Shown one piece after another: positions 1 through 20,592 of a stretch of DNA of 64,000 nt. The position numbers and the translations under genes are program-made. Below the pieces are notes generated by a model. It ran no database searches. It saw nothing but the letters and a program-made list of their open reading frames with translations, and was not told where the DNA came from. The stretch comes from Macrostomum lignano (lineage: Eukaryota). Location: NCBI GenBank assembly GCA_002269645.1, contig NIVC01001560.1, positions 1 to 64,000 of the forward strand. The letters are read 5' to 3'. How positions within the stretch are numbered: the first letter of the stretch is position 1; each line of letters starts with the position of its first letter.

Positions 1-3000
1 CTAGGTTAATGTTGCTCCTATTGCCACACCAAGTGGTTGCTGAAAGTGGAAATTTGTGAAATAATTTTTTTGTCTTTTTAATATTTTATTACCAATTTTA
101 AAGTTTAAAAAAGATCATGGGCTGCTGAAAAAAAGGTTTATTAATGATCCAAATGATAATACAAACATGAAGAGTAAACAATGAATTTTGATTTTCAGCT
201 ATTTAAACGCAGTATCTTATTTTTTATTTCGAAGAAAATCAGTTGAGTCGTTTTTTTCTGAAACTGATCACATAGATAGATGTATAAATACCTACTGACA
301 AACATTTTTAGTATATGGATTTAGTATATAGGATATCAGATATTAACTACAGTATCTTATCTTTTCTTAAAAACGTTTTTTCATAGAAAATTCATGTATT
401 CAATGTCAAAATGCATTCAGTTCAGTTAATTCATGAATAATGATTTAAGAATCATGAAATATTGATAAGAAAGAAAACTTTCGCTTAAAATTATAGTGGA
501 TTTTCTATTTTTAAATGAGCAGATACGCAGAATTGTTTTCAAGATTTTTTAAATGTAAATTGTCCTCAATAACTTAATGCAGCTACAAAATAAATGTGTC
601 TGTTCATATTAATAAACTAAACAAAAAGAGTCTAGTTCTCACTGTTTCGTGCGATAAAGTTTCTCCGCGTAACTTACACAAAAATAATTAATCTGAATGT
701 GAAAGGTAAAGTAACCATTTCGCTATCACTGCAAGTCTACAACTTATGATGTGTCAAGCTCTCTCTCTCAAATTAGCATTTAATTTAAGGGTCTCTAAAA
801 TTTATTGGATTGAGCACAACTAGATTGTAAGTAACGTTTAGGCTTAGCCTGGCAAATATTTTATTTCCTATTCATATAACAATTAGTGTCGCTTCTGGTT
901 TCTTTGAGAGAAAGCTAGAAGTAGAATAACAATTGTGTACTTCAAAATAATTAATTCAGCAATTCAAACGAAGTTCAAAATGAGAGTGTTGCACTTATCA
1001 ACCGATGTAAAGTCTTAAATAATAAGTAAGCTGACACTTTGCAATAATCTGTATATTTTAAGAACTTTTTGCCAATAGTTACTATTTATTACGCGTTTTT
1101 GACAAAAAAAGTTAATTTTTTGTTTTAACTCCTTTATCAAAGCTTACTACGGCTTTTCACGTTCATGATACATGAACGTCCGTGAATTGACAATTAGTTT
1201 CTACTTTTTAGTTAAGTTTTAAAGAAGTCTAACGAAATCTGAAATAGTGATCATTTGCATGCACACGTACATGTACAATACACTGTACTGCACAAAATGC
1301 TTGTATATATGTTTGCAAATAAACCCATCGTTTCGGTTTTAATCAACAGATCTGAATTCAAAACTCATCACAAAGTTTACGGTTGTATTTTTTCTGCTTA
1401 ATTTAGACCTCTAAATAAACATGGTCTGAATATACATACTTGTATCCCTTTTTATTTCTGATTTGCTGCATATACCCAGTAAATTAGTGCAGCTTAACTT
1501 CTGAGGAAAATACGTACATGTACATGTACATATGTATGTAACTTATATAAATGTTTGCAACTGTATGAACTGGACTGAATTTGTCCCATGCTCGCTTTTT
1601 AATGTATCGCATACAAATAAGCTCGTATTATTTAGTCCTGCTTTGCTGTTGAGGTTGACAATTCATGCAGATAGGATATCGAATAAAGATGCCATCAATA
1701 CATTTAGCGCTGCAGCAAGGAGTGCCCTAGCCAAAGTACCCGTGCATGCCAGCACAATAAAATCTGGCTGGATCCAAGAATAGCGCTAGTCGCATGGAGT
1801 CTCTAATTATTATCAATCCTTGACTTTGATGGAGAGTATACAGTAATGCATGATTCTATACCTTACTCTTAAGCCATGCATGTGCAATTATCTCATGAAT
1901 TATCCCTGAACATATACAGCTTGGACACAGAGAGGAGACATGGTTCGATACAGAAATAGAAGCAGAAAGTGCTGCTAGACTGAGCGAGTCGGGGATGCTG
2001 AAGCTGAAGATGAAGAGGCGAGCTGGACTTGCGCCTGTGGCTTGGGGATCGGGGACAAGTATTCTGCGTTAGGCGAAGAAATTATTAATGCATGAGTGGC
2101 GAAGAAAGGCAATTCGAAGGATTAGTCCGCTCTCGGCAAGATATAGTTATATATGGGATATTTCTCTTTCTTAGAAATAGCAGCTTTTTATCAAAAGAAT
2201 ATGTTAACTAGAGTTAAGTGAAAATTAAAACTGACTTCGTTCCATTTCATCACTGTCCAAGATTGCATGCGAGCTATTGAAAGTCTGTGTGTAAGGCCCC
2301 CAAAAGAGGGAAACTGTTATATTTGGTGTCTCGATTGATTGATTGATAGTTCATAATGTAGTAGTGATTAATACTACATACATTACTAATGTGTAAAGCG
2401 TGAGGTCGAACTTCGAGCAAAAAACTTTGGGTAATTCGAGTGCCTTTGATGAGGCGGCAGGGTCGGAAGACGGAAGACATTGCCGGGGGTTCAAGAGGGG
2501 AGAGTGCAGCGGGGAAGAGAGGGCGAAAGAGCCGACCAAAAAGGATTGAGACGATAAGCAGGGGAAATCTTTCCTTGAAAAAATGCCCCACTTGCCCGCG
2601 TCCACTCTCTTCTCGCCCAAGTCTCGGCCCTCTCTCAGCTCAGCGACAGAGGCGCCAACATGTACGCAGCCAAATTTGAGGCGCGATGGCCTCCACCGAT
2701 GGGACTGAAATGAAAAGGAAAGAAAAAGTGCGCTGAGAGGAAGGAAGGAACGCGTATCGACCATGATGGAGAGAGGGGGGGAGTCTGAACTCAACTCCCG
2801 CCTGTTCAAGCTCTCCCGGGGATTTTTCTGCACCCCTCTCTCGCCCTCCCTGAAAAAGTGCTCTGCTGAGCAGAGGATGGAGGAGAGGAGATGCTGGAGG
2901 ATGAGATTATGAGCACGCTTCTTCTTATATTCTGACCCAGCCCAGCCCGGCTCACCCTACCCACCCCTCCGGGCCCGCTCACCTGCCGCAGATCAGCTCT

Positions 3001-3155
3001 CTCCATCCCTTCCCCATCAGCCTCTCTTCTCTTCTCTTTGCCCTCTCCCCTCAGTAAATTGCCACCCCAGCAAAGTTTCTCCTCCGATTCAGACAGCTAA
3101 TTCAGCAGTTTCAACCACAACCGAAAGCATCCGGAACGCTTCAAGAGTTAAAGAC

Positions 3156-10793
<7,638 letters not shown>

Positions 10794-11157
10794 ACTCAAA
10801 CTCACGAATCCTTAGAGTCGAAAATGAATACTTCGGGAAAAAGTAAACTGGCCCCAATGTCTACGGATTTTGTGAAGTATTTTTTTCTCTCGAACAATGA
10901 ATTGGGTTGGGGTTGAAATAGACGCTGAAATTATCTTTTATTCGAATCGATAGCGAACAGATAAGTAGATTTATCCCAGTTTAGTATCGAATATTTTCGA
11001 CTGCATGCAATTTTTTGAACTGAAAAAATGTACTGCGCTAGTTGACTGGCAAATATTTTACACTAATAATTTTTTGCGTTGTTACAAGCGTATGTTTGTT
11101 AGCAGATCAGCTCTTGTTTTGTCTATTTTCCAATGATAGAAATTCGTTTTTGTGATC

Positions 11158-13550
11158 AAACACAACAGCTCTATAGTGACACAACAGTTCTGTAGTGACA
11201 CAACAGCTCTATAGTGACACAACAGTTCTATAGTGACACAACAGTTCTATAGTGACACAACAGTTCTATAGTGGCACAATAGTTCTATAGTGACACAACA
11301 GTTCTATAGTGACACAACAGTTCTATAGTGGCACAATAGTTCTATAGTGACACAACAGCTCTATAGTGACACAACAGTTCTATAGTGACACAACAGTTCT
11401 ATAGTGACACAACAGTTCTATAGTGACACAACAGTTCTATAGTGACACAACAGCTCTATAGTGACACAACAGTTCTATAGTGACACAACAGTTCTATAGT
11501 GACACAACAGTTCTATAGTGACACAACAGTTCTATAGTGACACAACAGTTCTATAGTGACACAACAGTTCTATAGTGACACAACAGTTCTATAGTGACAC
11601 AATAGTTCTATAGTGACACAACAGTTCTATAGTGACACAATAGTTCTATAGTGACACAACAGTTCTATAGTGACACAACAGTTCTATAGTGACACAACAG
11701 TTCTATAGTGACACAATAGTTCTATAGTGACACAATAGTTCTATAGTGGCACAATAGTTCTATAGTGACACAACAGCTCTATAGTGACACAACAGTTCTA
11801 TAGTGACACAACAGTTCTATAGTGACACAACAGTTCTATAGTGACACAACAGTTCTATAGTGACACAATAGTTCTATAGTGACACAACAGTTCTATAGTG
11901 ACACAACAGTTCTATAGTGACACAACAGTTCTATAGTGACACAACAGTTCTATAGTGACACAATAGTTCTATAGTGACACAACAGTTCTATAGTGACACA
12001 ACAGTTCTATAGTGACACAACAGTTCTATAGTGACACAATAGTTCTATAGTGACACAATAGTTCTATAGTGACACAATAGTTCTATAGTGACACAATAGT
12101 TCTATAGTGACACAACAGTTCTATAGTGACACAATAGTTCTATAGTGACACAACAGTTCTATAGTGACACAACAGTTCTATAGTGACACAACAGTTCTAT
12201 AGTGACACAACAGTTCTATAGTGACACAACAGTTCTATAGTGACACAACAGTTCTATAGTGACACAACAGTTCTATAGTGACACAACAGTTCTATAGTGA
12301 CACAATAGTTCTATAGTGACACAACAGTTCTATAGTGACACAACAGTTCTATAGTGACACAATAGTTCTATAGTGACACAACAGTTCTATAGTGACACAA
12401 TAGTTCTATAGTGACACAACAGTTCTATAGTGACACAACAGTTCTATAGTGACACAACAGTTCTATAGTGACACAACAGTTCTATAGTGACACAACAGTT
12501 CTATAGTGACACAACAGCTCTATAGTGACACAACAGTTCTATAGTGACACAACAGTTCTATAGTGACACAACAGTTCTATAGTGACACAACAGTTCTATA
12601 GTGACACAACAGTTCTATAGTGACACAACAGCTCTATAGTGACACAACAGTTCTATAGTGACACAACAGTTCTATAGTGACACAACAGTTCTATAGTGAC
12701 ACAACAGTTCTATAGTGACACAACAGTTCTGTAGTGACACAACAGCTCTATAGTGACACAACAGTTCTGTAGTGACACAACAGTTCTATAGTGACACAAC
12801 AGTTCTATAGTGACACAACAGTTCTATAGTGACACAACAGCTCTATAGTGACAACAGTTCTATAGTGACACAACAGCTCTATAGTGACACAACAGTTCTA
12901 TAGTGACACAACAGTTCTATAGTGACACAACAGTTCTGTAGTGACACAACAGCTCTATAGTGACACAACAGTTCTATAGTGACACAACAGTTCTGTAGTG
13001 ACACAACAGCTCTATAGTGACACAACAGTTCTGTAGTGACACAACAGTTCTGTAGTGACACAACAGCTCTATAGTGACACAACAGCTCTATAGTGACACA
13101 ACAGTTCTATAGTGACACAACAGTTCTATAGTGACACAACAGTTCTATAGTGACACAACAGTTCTATAGTGACACAACAGCTCTATAGTGACACAACAGT
13201 TCTGTAGTGACACAACAGTTCTGTAGTGACACAACAGCTCTATAGTGACACAACAGCTCTATAGTGACACAACAGTTCTATAGTGACACAACAGTTCTAT
13301 AGTGACACAACAGCTCTATAGTGACACAACAGTTCTGTAGTGACACAACAGTTCTGTAGTGACACAACAGCTCTATAGTGACACAACAGCTCTATAGTGA
13401 CACAACAGTTCTATAGTGACACAACAGTTCTATAGTGACACAACAGTTCTATAGTGACACAACAGTTCTATAGTGACACAACAGTTCTATAATGACAACA
13501 GTTCTATAGTGACACAACAGTTCTATAGTGACACAACAGTTCTATAGTGA
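11158..13550. repeat. 19-bp tandem satellite (gtgacacaacagttctata), ~2.4 kb
   Basis: Head-to-tail 19-mers with few variants and no spacers. Confidence 0.98.
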
Positions 13551-14329
13551 CGCAAAACTTCTTGTGACACAACAGTTTAGTGACACATTTTTGTGACGCA
13601 GATCCAGTGGCTAGAAAATTCTGTTGATATTCCAGCTCAAACGATCCCCGAATATAATATTTTATCGCAATCCTACTTAATCATAATCATATCTTAATCA
13701 GCTATATGAAAACTATTTATTTTAATGTTATTTTCAATCGTAGGTGAAACTGTCATGCCCTTAAATCAGTGTCTCTCACCTTTACCCGTCACCTACTTAG
13801 CTAATTTCACCATCGCCAATCGACTCGTTTTGCACCCCAGAATATGCATAATATTAGAAAGTATTTTAGTCATACACCTGAGCATTCTCTGTTCTAGAGA
13901 TTCCGTTTGCTTTAAATGCCATTTTAGATTAGTCCAACTTCCATTAATCCATTAGATTATCGCTCAGTTAATCCGTTCTTTATAACAAATCATTAATTGC
14001 TAGATTTTCCTCAAAGTATCTCTCTCACACATGAACTACTTTGTTCGATTTCATTTGATAAGCTTTGTTAATTCTGAGACTAGCAATATCAATTTCTGTT
14101 AGTTCACCTTATTTACATCTCGATTATTTTCCATTTTATTTAAACTGCTAATATAAATGAGGCATGCCGTTTATTAAATTTAGCTTTTTGTCTTTTAACC
14201 TATTGAAATATTGCTAAAATATACTATTAATTTTAAAACACGTAATACATATTCAACTTAAATTCAGTCTTATGTTAACAAAGCAGCGGTCACGATATAA
14301 TAATCATAAAATCTATGTTATAGCAATAG

Positions 14330-16680
14330 TGTCTATGACTGAAATCATTGTGTCTATCGTAGACTCCGCTTCAGTGTCTATGGGGTAGACTCCGCTTCAG
14401 TGTCTATGGGGTAGACTCCGTTTCAGTGTCTATGGGGCAGACTCCGCTTCAGTGTCTATGGGGCAGACTCCGCTTCAGTGTCTATGGGGTAGACTCCGCT
14501 TCAGTGTCTATGGGGTAGACTCCGCTTCAGTGTCTATGGGGTAGACTCCGCTTCAGTGTCGATGGGGTAGACTCCGCTTCAGTGTCTATGGTAGACTCCA
14601 CTTCAGTTTCTATGGGGTAGACTCCGCTTCAGTGTTTATGGTAGACTCCACTTCAGTGTCTATGGTAGACTCCACTTCAGTTTCTATGGTAAACTCCGCT
14701 TCAGTGTCTATGGGGTAGACTCCGTTTCAGTGTCTATGGGGTAGACTCCGTTTCAGTGTCTATGGGGCAGACTCCGCTTCAGTGTCTATGGGGCAGACTC
14801 CGCTTCAGTGTCTATGGGGTAGACTCCGCTTCAGTGTCTATGGGGTAGACTCCGCTTCAGTGTCTATGGGGTAGACTCCGCTTCAGTGTCGATGGGGTAG
14901 ACTCCGCTTCAGTGTCTATGGTAGACTCCACTTCAGTTTCTATGGGGTAGACTCCGCTTCAGTGTTTATGGTAGACTCCACTTCAGTGTCTATGGTAGAC
15001 TCCACTTCAGTTTCTATGGTAAACTCCGCTTCAGTGTCTATGGGGTAGACTCCGCTTCAGTGTCTATGGGGTAGACTCCGCTTCAGTGTTTATGGTAGAC
15101 TCCACTTCAGTGTCTATGGTAGACTCCACTTCAGTTTCTATGGTAAACTCCGCTTCAGTGTCTATGGGGTAGACTCCGCTTCAGTGTCTATGGGGTAGAC
15201 TCCGCTTCAGTGTCTATGGGGTAGACTCCGCTTCAGTGTCTATGGGGTAGACTCCGCTTCAGTGTCTATGGGGTGGACTCCGTTTCAGTGTCGATGGTAG
15301 ATTTCGCTTCAGTGTCGATGGGGTAGACTCCGTTTCAGTGTCTATGGGGTAGACTCCGCTTCAGTGTCTATGGGGTAGACTCCGCTTCAGTGTCTATGGG
15401 GTGGACTCCGTTTCAGTGTCGATGGTAGATTTCGCTTCAGTGTCAATGGGGTAGACTCCGCTTCAGTGTCTATGGGGTAGACTCCGTTTCAGTGTCTATG
15501 GGGTAGACTCCGCTTCAGTGTCTATGGGGTAGACTCCGCTTCAGTGTCTATGGGGTAGACTCCGCTTCAGTGTCTATGGGGTAGACTCCGCTTCAGTATC
15601 TATGGGGTAGACTCCGCTTCAGTGTCTATGGGGTAGACTCCGTTTCAGTGTCGATGGTAGATTTCGCTTCAGTGTCTATGGGGTAGACTCCGCTTCAGTG
15701 TCTATGGGGTAGACTCCGTTTCAGTGTCGATGGTAGATTTCGCTTCAGTGTCTATGGGGTAGACTCCGCTTCAGTGTCTATGGTAGACTCCACTTCAGTT
15801 TCTAGGGTAAACTCCGCTTCAGTGTTTATGGTAGACTCCACTTCAGTGTCTATGGTAGACTCCACTTCAGTTTCTATGGTAAACTCCGCTTCAGTGTCTA
15901 TGGGGTAGACTCCGCTTCAGTGTCTATGGGGTAGACTCCGCTTCAGTGTCTATGGGGTAGACTCCGTTTCAGTGTCTATGGGGTAGACTCCGCTTCAGTG
16001 TCTATGGGGTAGACTCCGCTTCAGTGTCTATGGGGTAGACTCCGCTTCAGTGTCTATGGGGTAGACTCCGCTTCAGTGTCTATGGGGTAGACTCCGTTTC
16101 AGTGTCTATGGGGTAGACTCCGCTTCAGTGTCTATGGGGTAGACTCCGCTTCAGTGTCTATGGGGTAGACTCCGCTTCAGTGTCTATGAGGTAGACTCCG
16201 TTTCAGTGTCTATGGGGTAGACTCCGCTTCAGTGTCTATGGTGCAGACTCCGCTTCAGTGTCTATGGGGTAGACTCCGCTTCAGTGTCTATGGGGTAGAC
16301 TCCGTTTCAGTGTCTATGGGGTAGACTCCGCTTCAGTGTCGATGGGGTAGACTTCACTTCAGTGTCTATGGTAGACTCCACTTCAGTTTCTATGGTAAAC
16401 TCCGCTTCAGTGTTTATGGTAGACTTCACTTCAGTGTCTATGGTAGACTCCACTTCAGTTTCTATGGTAAACTCCGCTTCAGTGTTTATGGTAGACTTCA
16501 CTTCAGTGTCTATGGTAGACTCCACTTCTGTTTCTATGGTAAACTCCGCTTCAGTGTTTATGGTAGACTTCACTTCAGTGTCTATGGTAGACTCCACTTC
16601 AGTTTCTATGGTAAACTCCGCTTCAGTGTTTATGGTAGATTCCGCTTCAGTGTATTTTACGGTAGATTTAGCTTCAGTGC
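14330..16680. repeat. 26/24-bp tandem satellite (tcagtgtctatggggtagactccgct) with higher-order blocks
   Basis: Head-to-tail units containing an internal GTCTA..TAGAC inverted repeat. The right end is a 72-bp (3x24) higher-order repeat. Confidence 0.97.
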
Positions 16681-17910
16681 CGATAGAACAAACATGAGTC
16701 CCTAAGTCTACAATTTCTCCCTAAGTCCCCAAGTCAGCAGCATCCAAGCGCCAGCACTAGTCCAGCAATTTGTTCACCCCAAGCACAGCATAGGCCAGGG
16801 CGGTCAGTCGGAAACGACAGCTGCAGCCACGCACACTACTGAGCGACATCGTGGCGCCAGGGATCATTGATCCATAATTGCCAAAAGCAGAGGCAACAGG
16901 ATTCTTACAACACAACAACAGCGCATCCTTCGCCCCTAGGCTCCCTTCTCATCTTCTTTTCTATGTATCTCCATGTATCTCCCATCCTAGTTGCTGGCGC
17001 CGTCGCTCTGAGGGAATCAAGAAGGAGAGTTGGGGGGGGGGTGCAACAAATTCTTTTGTTTTCAAGAACTCTTCCTCTTCTCCCTGCTATCTGCTTCTGT
17101 CTGTTTCAGTATGCGCGCCCTCTCCCCCCCTCTCATACTCACCTGTCCGCCTAACGCAGGTTTGGCCCGGCTTAGCGTCTTCAAGCTCAGGTCGCCGCGA
17201 GAATGACTGATGGGCCCTGGCCGCGAAGGAGAGGGAAATCGCGGCCGACCCTAGCAGCGCCGCTGGCCTCCCGCTCCCCCAGCCTCCTCCCAGCGTTCCA
17301 AGCTGGAGTTTCCGGGACCAGACCCCGGGCCTCAAACTTCATCAGCCGCAGCTTACTCGGGTCACAACAATGGGATGCAAAATCCGCCAGGACGATTTGA
17401 AGGCTTCTAAGGTTGGCTCCTCCAGAGGGTTCCAACTCCTTCTGAGTTCTGCTCAAAGACGGATGCAGAGTGAAGGACGGCGCGAGCCTCAAGTGACTGA
17501 GTGCGATTACCCAATGCCTCACACAGCGCCTTGCCAGACAAGAACCCTTCCCACTGAGAGGTGCCACCCGACCCTGAGATCCCCGAGTCCTGTTCTAAGC
17601 TCGCATATCCTCCTTTTTGACTCTCTGTCTCTCTCTCCATCTAACGCTTCATCTTTTCAGCTTCGCGAAATAAGTGCCATTTTAGCTAAGCTCAGACACT
17701 TGAGCGAGCAACTCGTGTCTCAGCTCCATTGTCAACCCCTCTGCTCCCCGTTCCCACTTAGTAGCTCCAGTCACTGCGCGGGCTGATCTGGCCCGCCAGC
17801 AACAAAGAACTTCCAGGTTCTCCTCTGGTTTGACTTGCCAACTATTTTTATATCTAAATTGAACTAGTAAGTCATTTCATTGATTTTATTTCTCTTCAAA
17901 AACTTGGCGA

Positions 17911-18634
17911 GCAATGTATCAAATTATAAGTCACCAATTTTAGCGCCAAATATATCAAATTATAAGTCACCAATTTTAGCGCCAAATATATCAAATTATA
18001 AGTCACCAATTTTAGCGCCAAATATATCAAATTATAAGTCACCAATTTTAGCGCCAAATATATCAAATTATAAGTCACCAATTTTAGCGCCAAATATATC
18101 AAATTATAAGTCACCAATTTTAGCGCCAAATATATCAAATTATAAGTCGCCAATTTTAGCGCCAAATATATCAAATTATAAGTCACCAATTTTAGCGCCA
18201 AATATATCAAATTATAAGTCACCAATTTTAGCGCCAAATATATCAAATTATAAGTCACCAATTTTAGCGCCAAATGTATCAAATTATAAGTCGCCAATTT
18301 TAGCGCCAAATATATCAAATTATAAGTCACCAATTTTAGCGCCAAATATATCAAATTATAAGTCACCAATTTTAGCGCCAAATGTATCAAATTATAAGTC
18401 GCCAATTTTAGCGCCAAATATATCAAATTATAAGTCACCAATTTTAGCGCCAAATATATCAAATTATAAGTCACCAATTTTAGCGCCAAATATATCAAAT
18501 TATAAGTCACCAATTTTAGCGCCAAATATATCAAATTATAAGTCACCAATTTTAGCGCCAAATATATCAAATTATAAGTCACCAATTTTAGCGCCAAATA
18601 TATCAAATTATAAGTCACCAATTTTAGCGCCAAA
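17911..18634. repeat. 36-bp tandem repeat (aatatatcaaattataagtcaccaattttagcgcca), ~20 copies
   Basis: Near-perfect units with a 12-aa period in the spurious ORFs. Confidence 0.98.
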
Positions 18635-18828
18635 CTAGCCAATGAAGATGGCCCAACCATCCTCAGCCACTTATCGGTATCCAAGGAAACAAAAATATCA
18701 AATAAATGAACCCAGTCTCAACATGAAAGCTTAACTCCCAGAGCAGTCTGAGCTCCCTAAGATTAACATCCGAAGAAGCTGAGGATTTCACAGGTGAAGA
18801 CAAGCGGAGAAATTCGAAACATTTGGAA

Positions 18829-20592
18829 ATGCCAGCTGGAATTCTAGCGCTGCTGTTCGGCTGCATGGCTACCGTGACAGGTGAGGCTTCTCATGCATGT
18901 TTGTCAAATGCACTGAGCGCCTGCGAATGCGTAACGTAGTCTCTATTTAACTAAATCTGAATAGATTTCTAAACCTACAAAACATCAAGAATTGAAAATT
19001 TTTAGAGTTGTCAACCACCTTTGTAAACTGCTGTGATGGCGCAGCCACAGTTTTCAATGCACAGAATCTCCTCCAACCAACAGGTGCGAACCGATCCGGC
19101 TGCTTCACTGCCGTCACCGGACCCGTCCTGATCAGCGAAACCTCCAGCAGCGAACTCGTCAACCTGACTGGCGTCCAGGCCCGGCTGGAGTGTCTGGCAG
19201 CTTGCCAACGCAAGGGCTGCCTGCTGGCTTCGCTCATTCCCAGCTCGCGCGTCTGCCAGCTGCTGCTGCTGAACGACGCGTCTCAGGCGCCGGGACCGGC
19301 TGGGACTCACGAGCAGAGACTCGTGGGCTCCGAGCCCGGCGCCAGGCTGTGGGCGGCCGAGAACTTCACGGAGCTGATGCTGATGAGGAAGAGGATGCTG
19401 AACGTCACCATTGAGCTCAAAAGTGAGGAAAAGCTCATGTTTGCAAAGTTTCTGTGCTTCAAGCATTTGCTGCACCTTGACATCTGATCTGCAGCGCCTT
19501 CTTTCACTGCAGACAGCGGCACGGGCAGGGCCGGCTCCATTCAGTCCGTGACGATCCCCTCGACCGGCTGCTATTGGATCGAAGTGTCGGGCGCCAGAGG
19601 CGGCACCAACTCCTTCTCAGGCAAGGCTGGCGGCAGTGGCGCCTTCGTGTCCGGCGCCTTCAACCTGACGGCCGGCACCCAGCTGAGCGTCGTGGTCGGA
19701 CAGGCCGGCGGTCCGCCTAGCTCGAAGTACAAGGGAGGCGGCGGAGGCGGCGGCAGCTTCGTGTACCGGACGGCAGACGAGCTGCTGCTGGCTGCAGCCG
19801 GAGGCGGCGGTGCCGGGACCTACAGCTCAGCTGGTGAGTCAAAAATTCTTCAGGAAAAACTGCAGAAAGCAAATCTTCTAAAAGCTCTCCGACTTTTAAG
19901 TGTTTAGCTTATTCTTGTGCCTGGTTTGCAGTTGATGTCAATTTTCGATAGAGTTGACATCAGGTCCGAACACGAAATCAGTTCGATTCCATGTGGCAAA
20001 AAACTTGAACTTACCAAATTGGGCTGCTCAAATTTTATTTGTTTTTGTTGGCCGGTTATATTGGATTTATTGAAGGTGAGCCATGAGCAACGAATTTGCA
20101 GGCCTGCCCGGAGAGGCCGGCGTCAACGGCTCCATCGCGGATCTGAGCGGAAACCAAAACAGCCACGGCGGCAGCAACGGACAGCCGGGCTTCCACGACT
20201 CCAGCGCCATGACCGGCAACCAGAACCTCGCTGGCTGCGGCGCCGGCTGGCTGGGGAAGCCGGTGTGCACCAGGCGGGGACCGGACGACGGTGACGGAGG
20301 CGGCAGTCGGGCTGAAGGCTGGCTGGGCGGGGACGCTGGCGGCTCCAACACCGGCAACGGCGGGTTCGGCGGCGGTGGAGGCGGCGGCACGACAAACCCC
20401 AACTTTGGCGCTGCCGGGGCCGGCGGCGGCTTCAGCGGAGGCGCCACCAACTTCTGGGCGAGCTACCCAGGAGGCGGCGGCGGCTCCTTCTGCTCCGGCA
20501 GCGGCTGCAGCGGCACCACGGGCGGCAGCGCCAGTCAGCACGGCCTGGTGGTCATCCGGCTGGTCGAGCCGCTGAGCAACTCTTGCGAGTGA
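18829..20592 (+). CDS. Secreted protein: signal peptide + PAN/apple-like Cys domain + ALK/LTK-type glycine-rich domain; 4 exons
   Basis: Exons 18829-18880 (MPAGILALLFGCMATVT, signal-like), 19006-19422 (ECLAACQRKGC..RVCQL, PAN-like Cys spacing), 19513-19833 and 20102-20592, all with phase-1 GT-AG joins. The motifs IQSVTIPSTGCYWIEVSGARGG, GAFVSGAFNLTAGTQLSVVVGQAG, GGGGGSFVY, LLAAAGGGGA, GGFGGGGG, GAGGGFSGG, GGGGGSF and HGLVVI match the ALK/LTK glycine-rich ectodomain pattern. Confidence 0.85.

Noticed and set aside
11158-13550. Resemblance of ctatagtgacac to SP6/T7 promoter ends (vector contamination)
   Set aside because: The match is only partial and sits inside a genomic satellite monomer, with no other vector sequence nearby.
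11158-16680. CRISPR-like arrays (19-bp and palindromic 26-bp repeats)
   Set aside because: The units are head-to-tail with no unique spacers, there are no cas genes, and the context is eukaryotic.
17880-18684. 252/262-aa repeat ORFs (NISNYKSPILAP)
   Set aside because: A stop-free 36-bp tandem unit open on both strands, with no splice or domain support.
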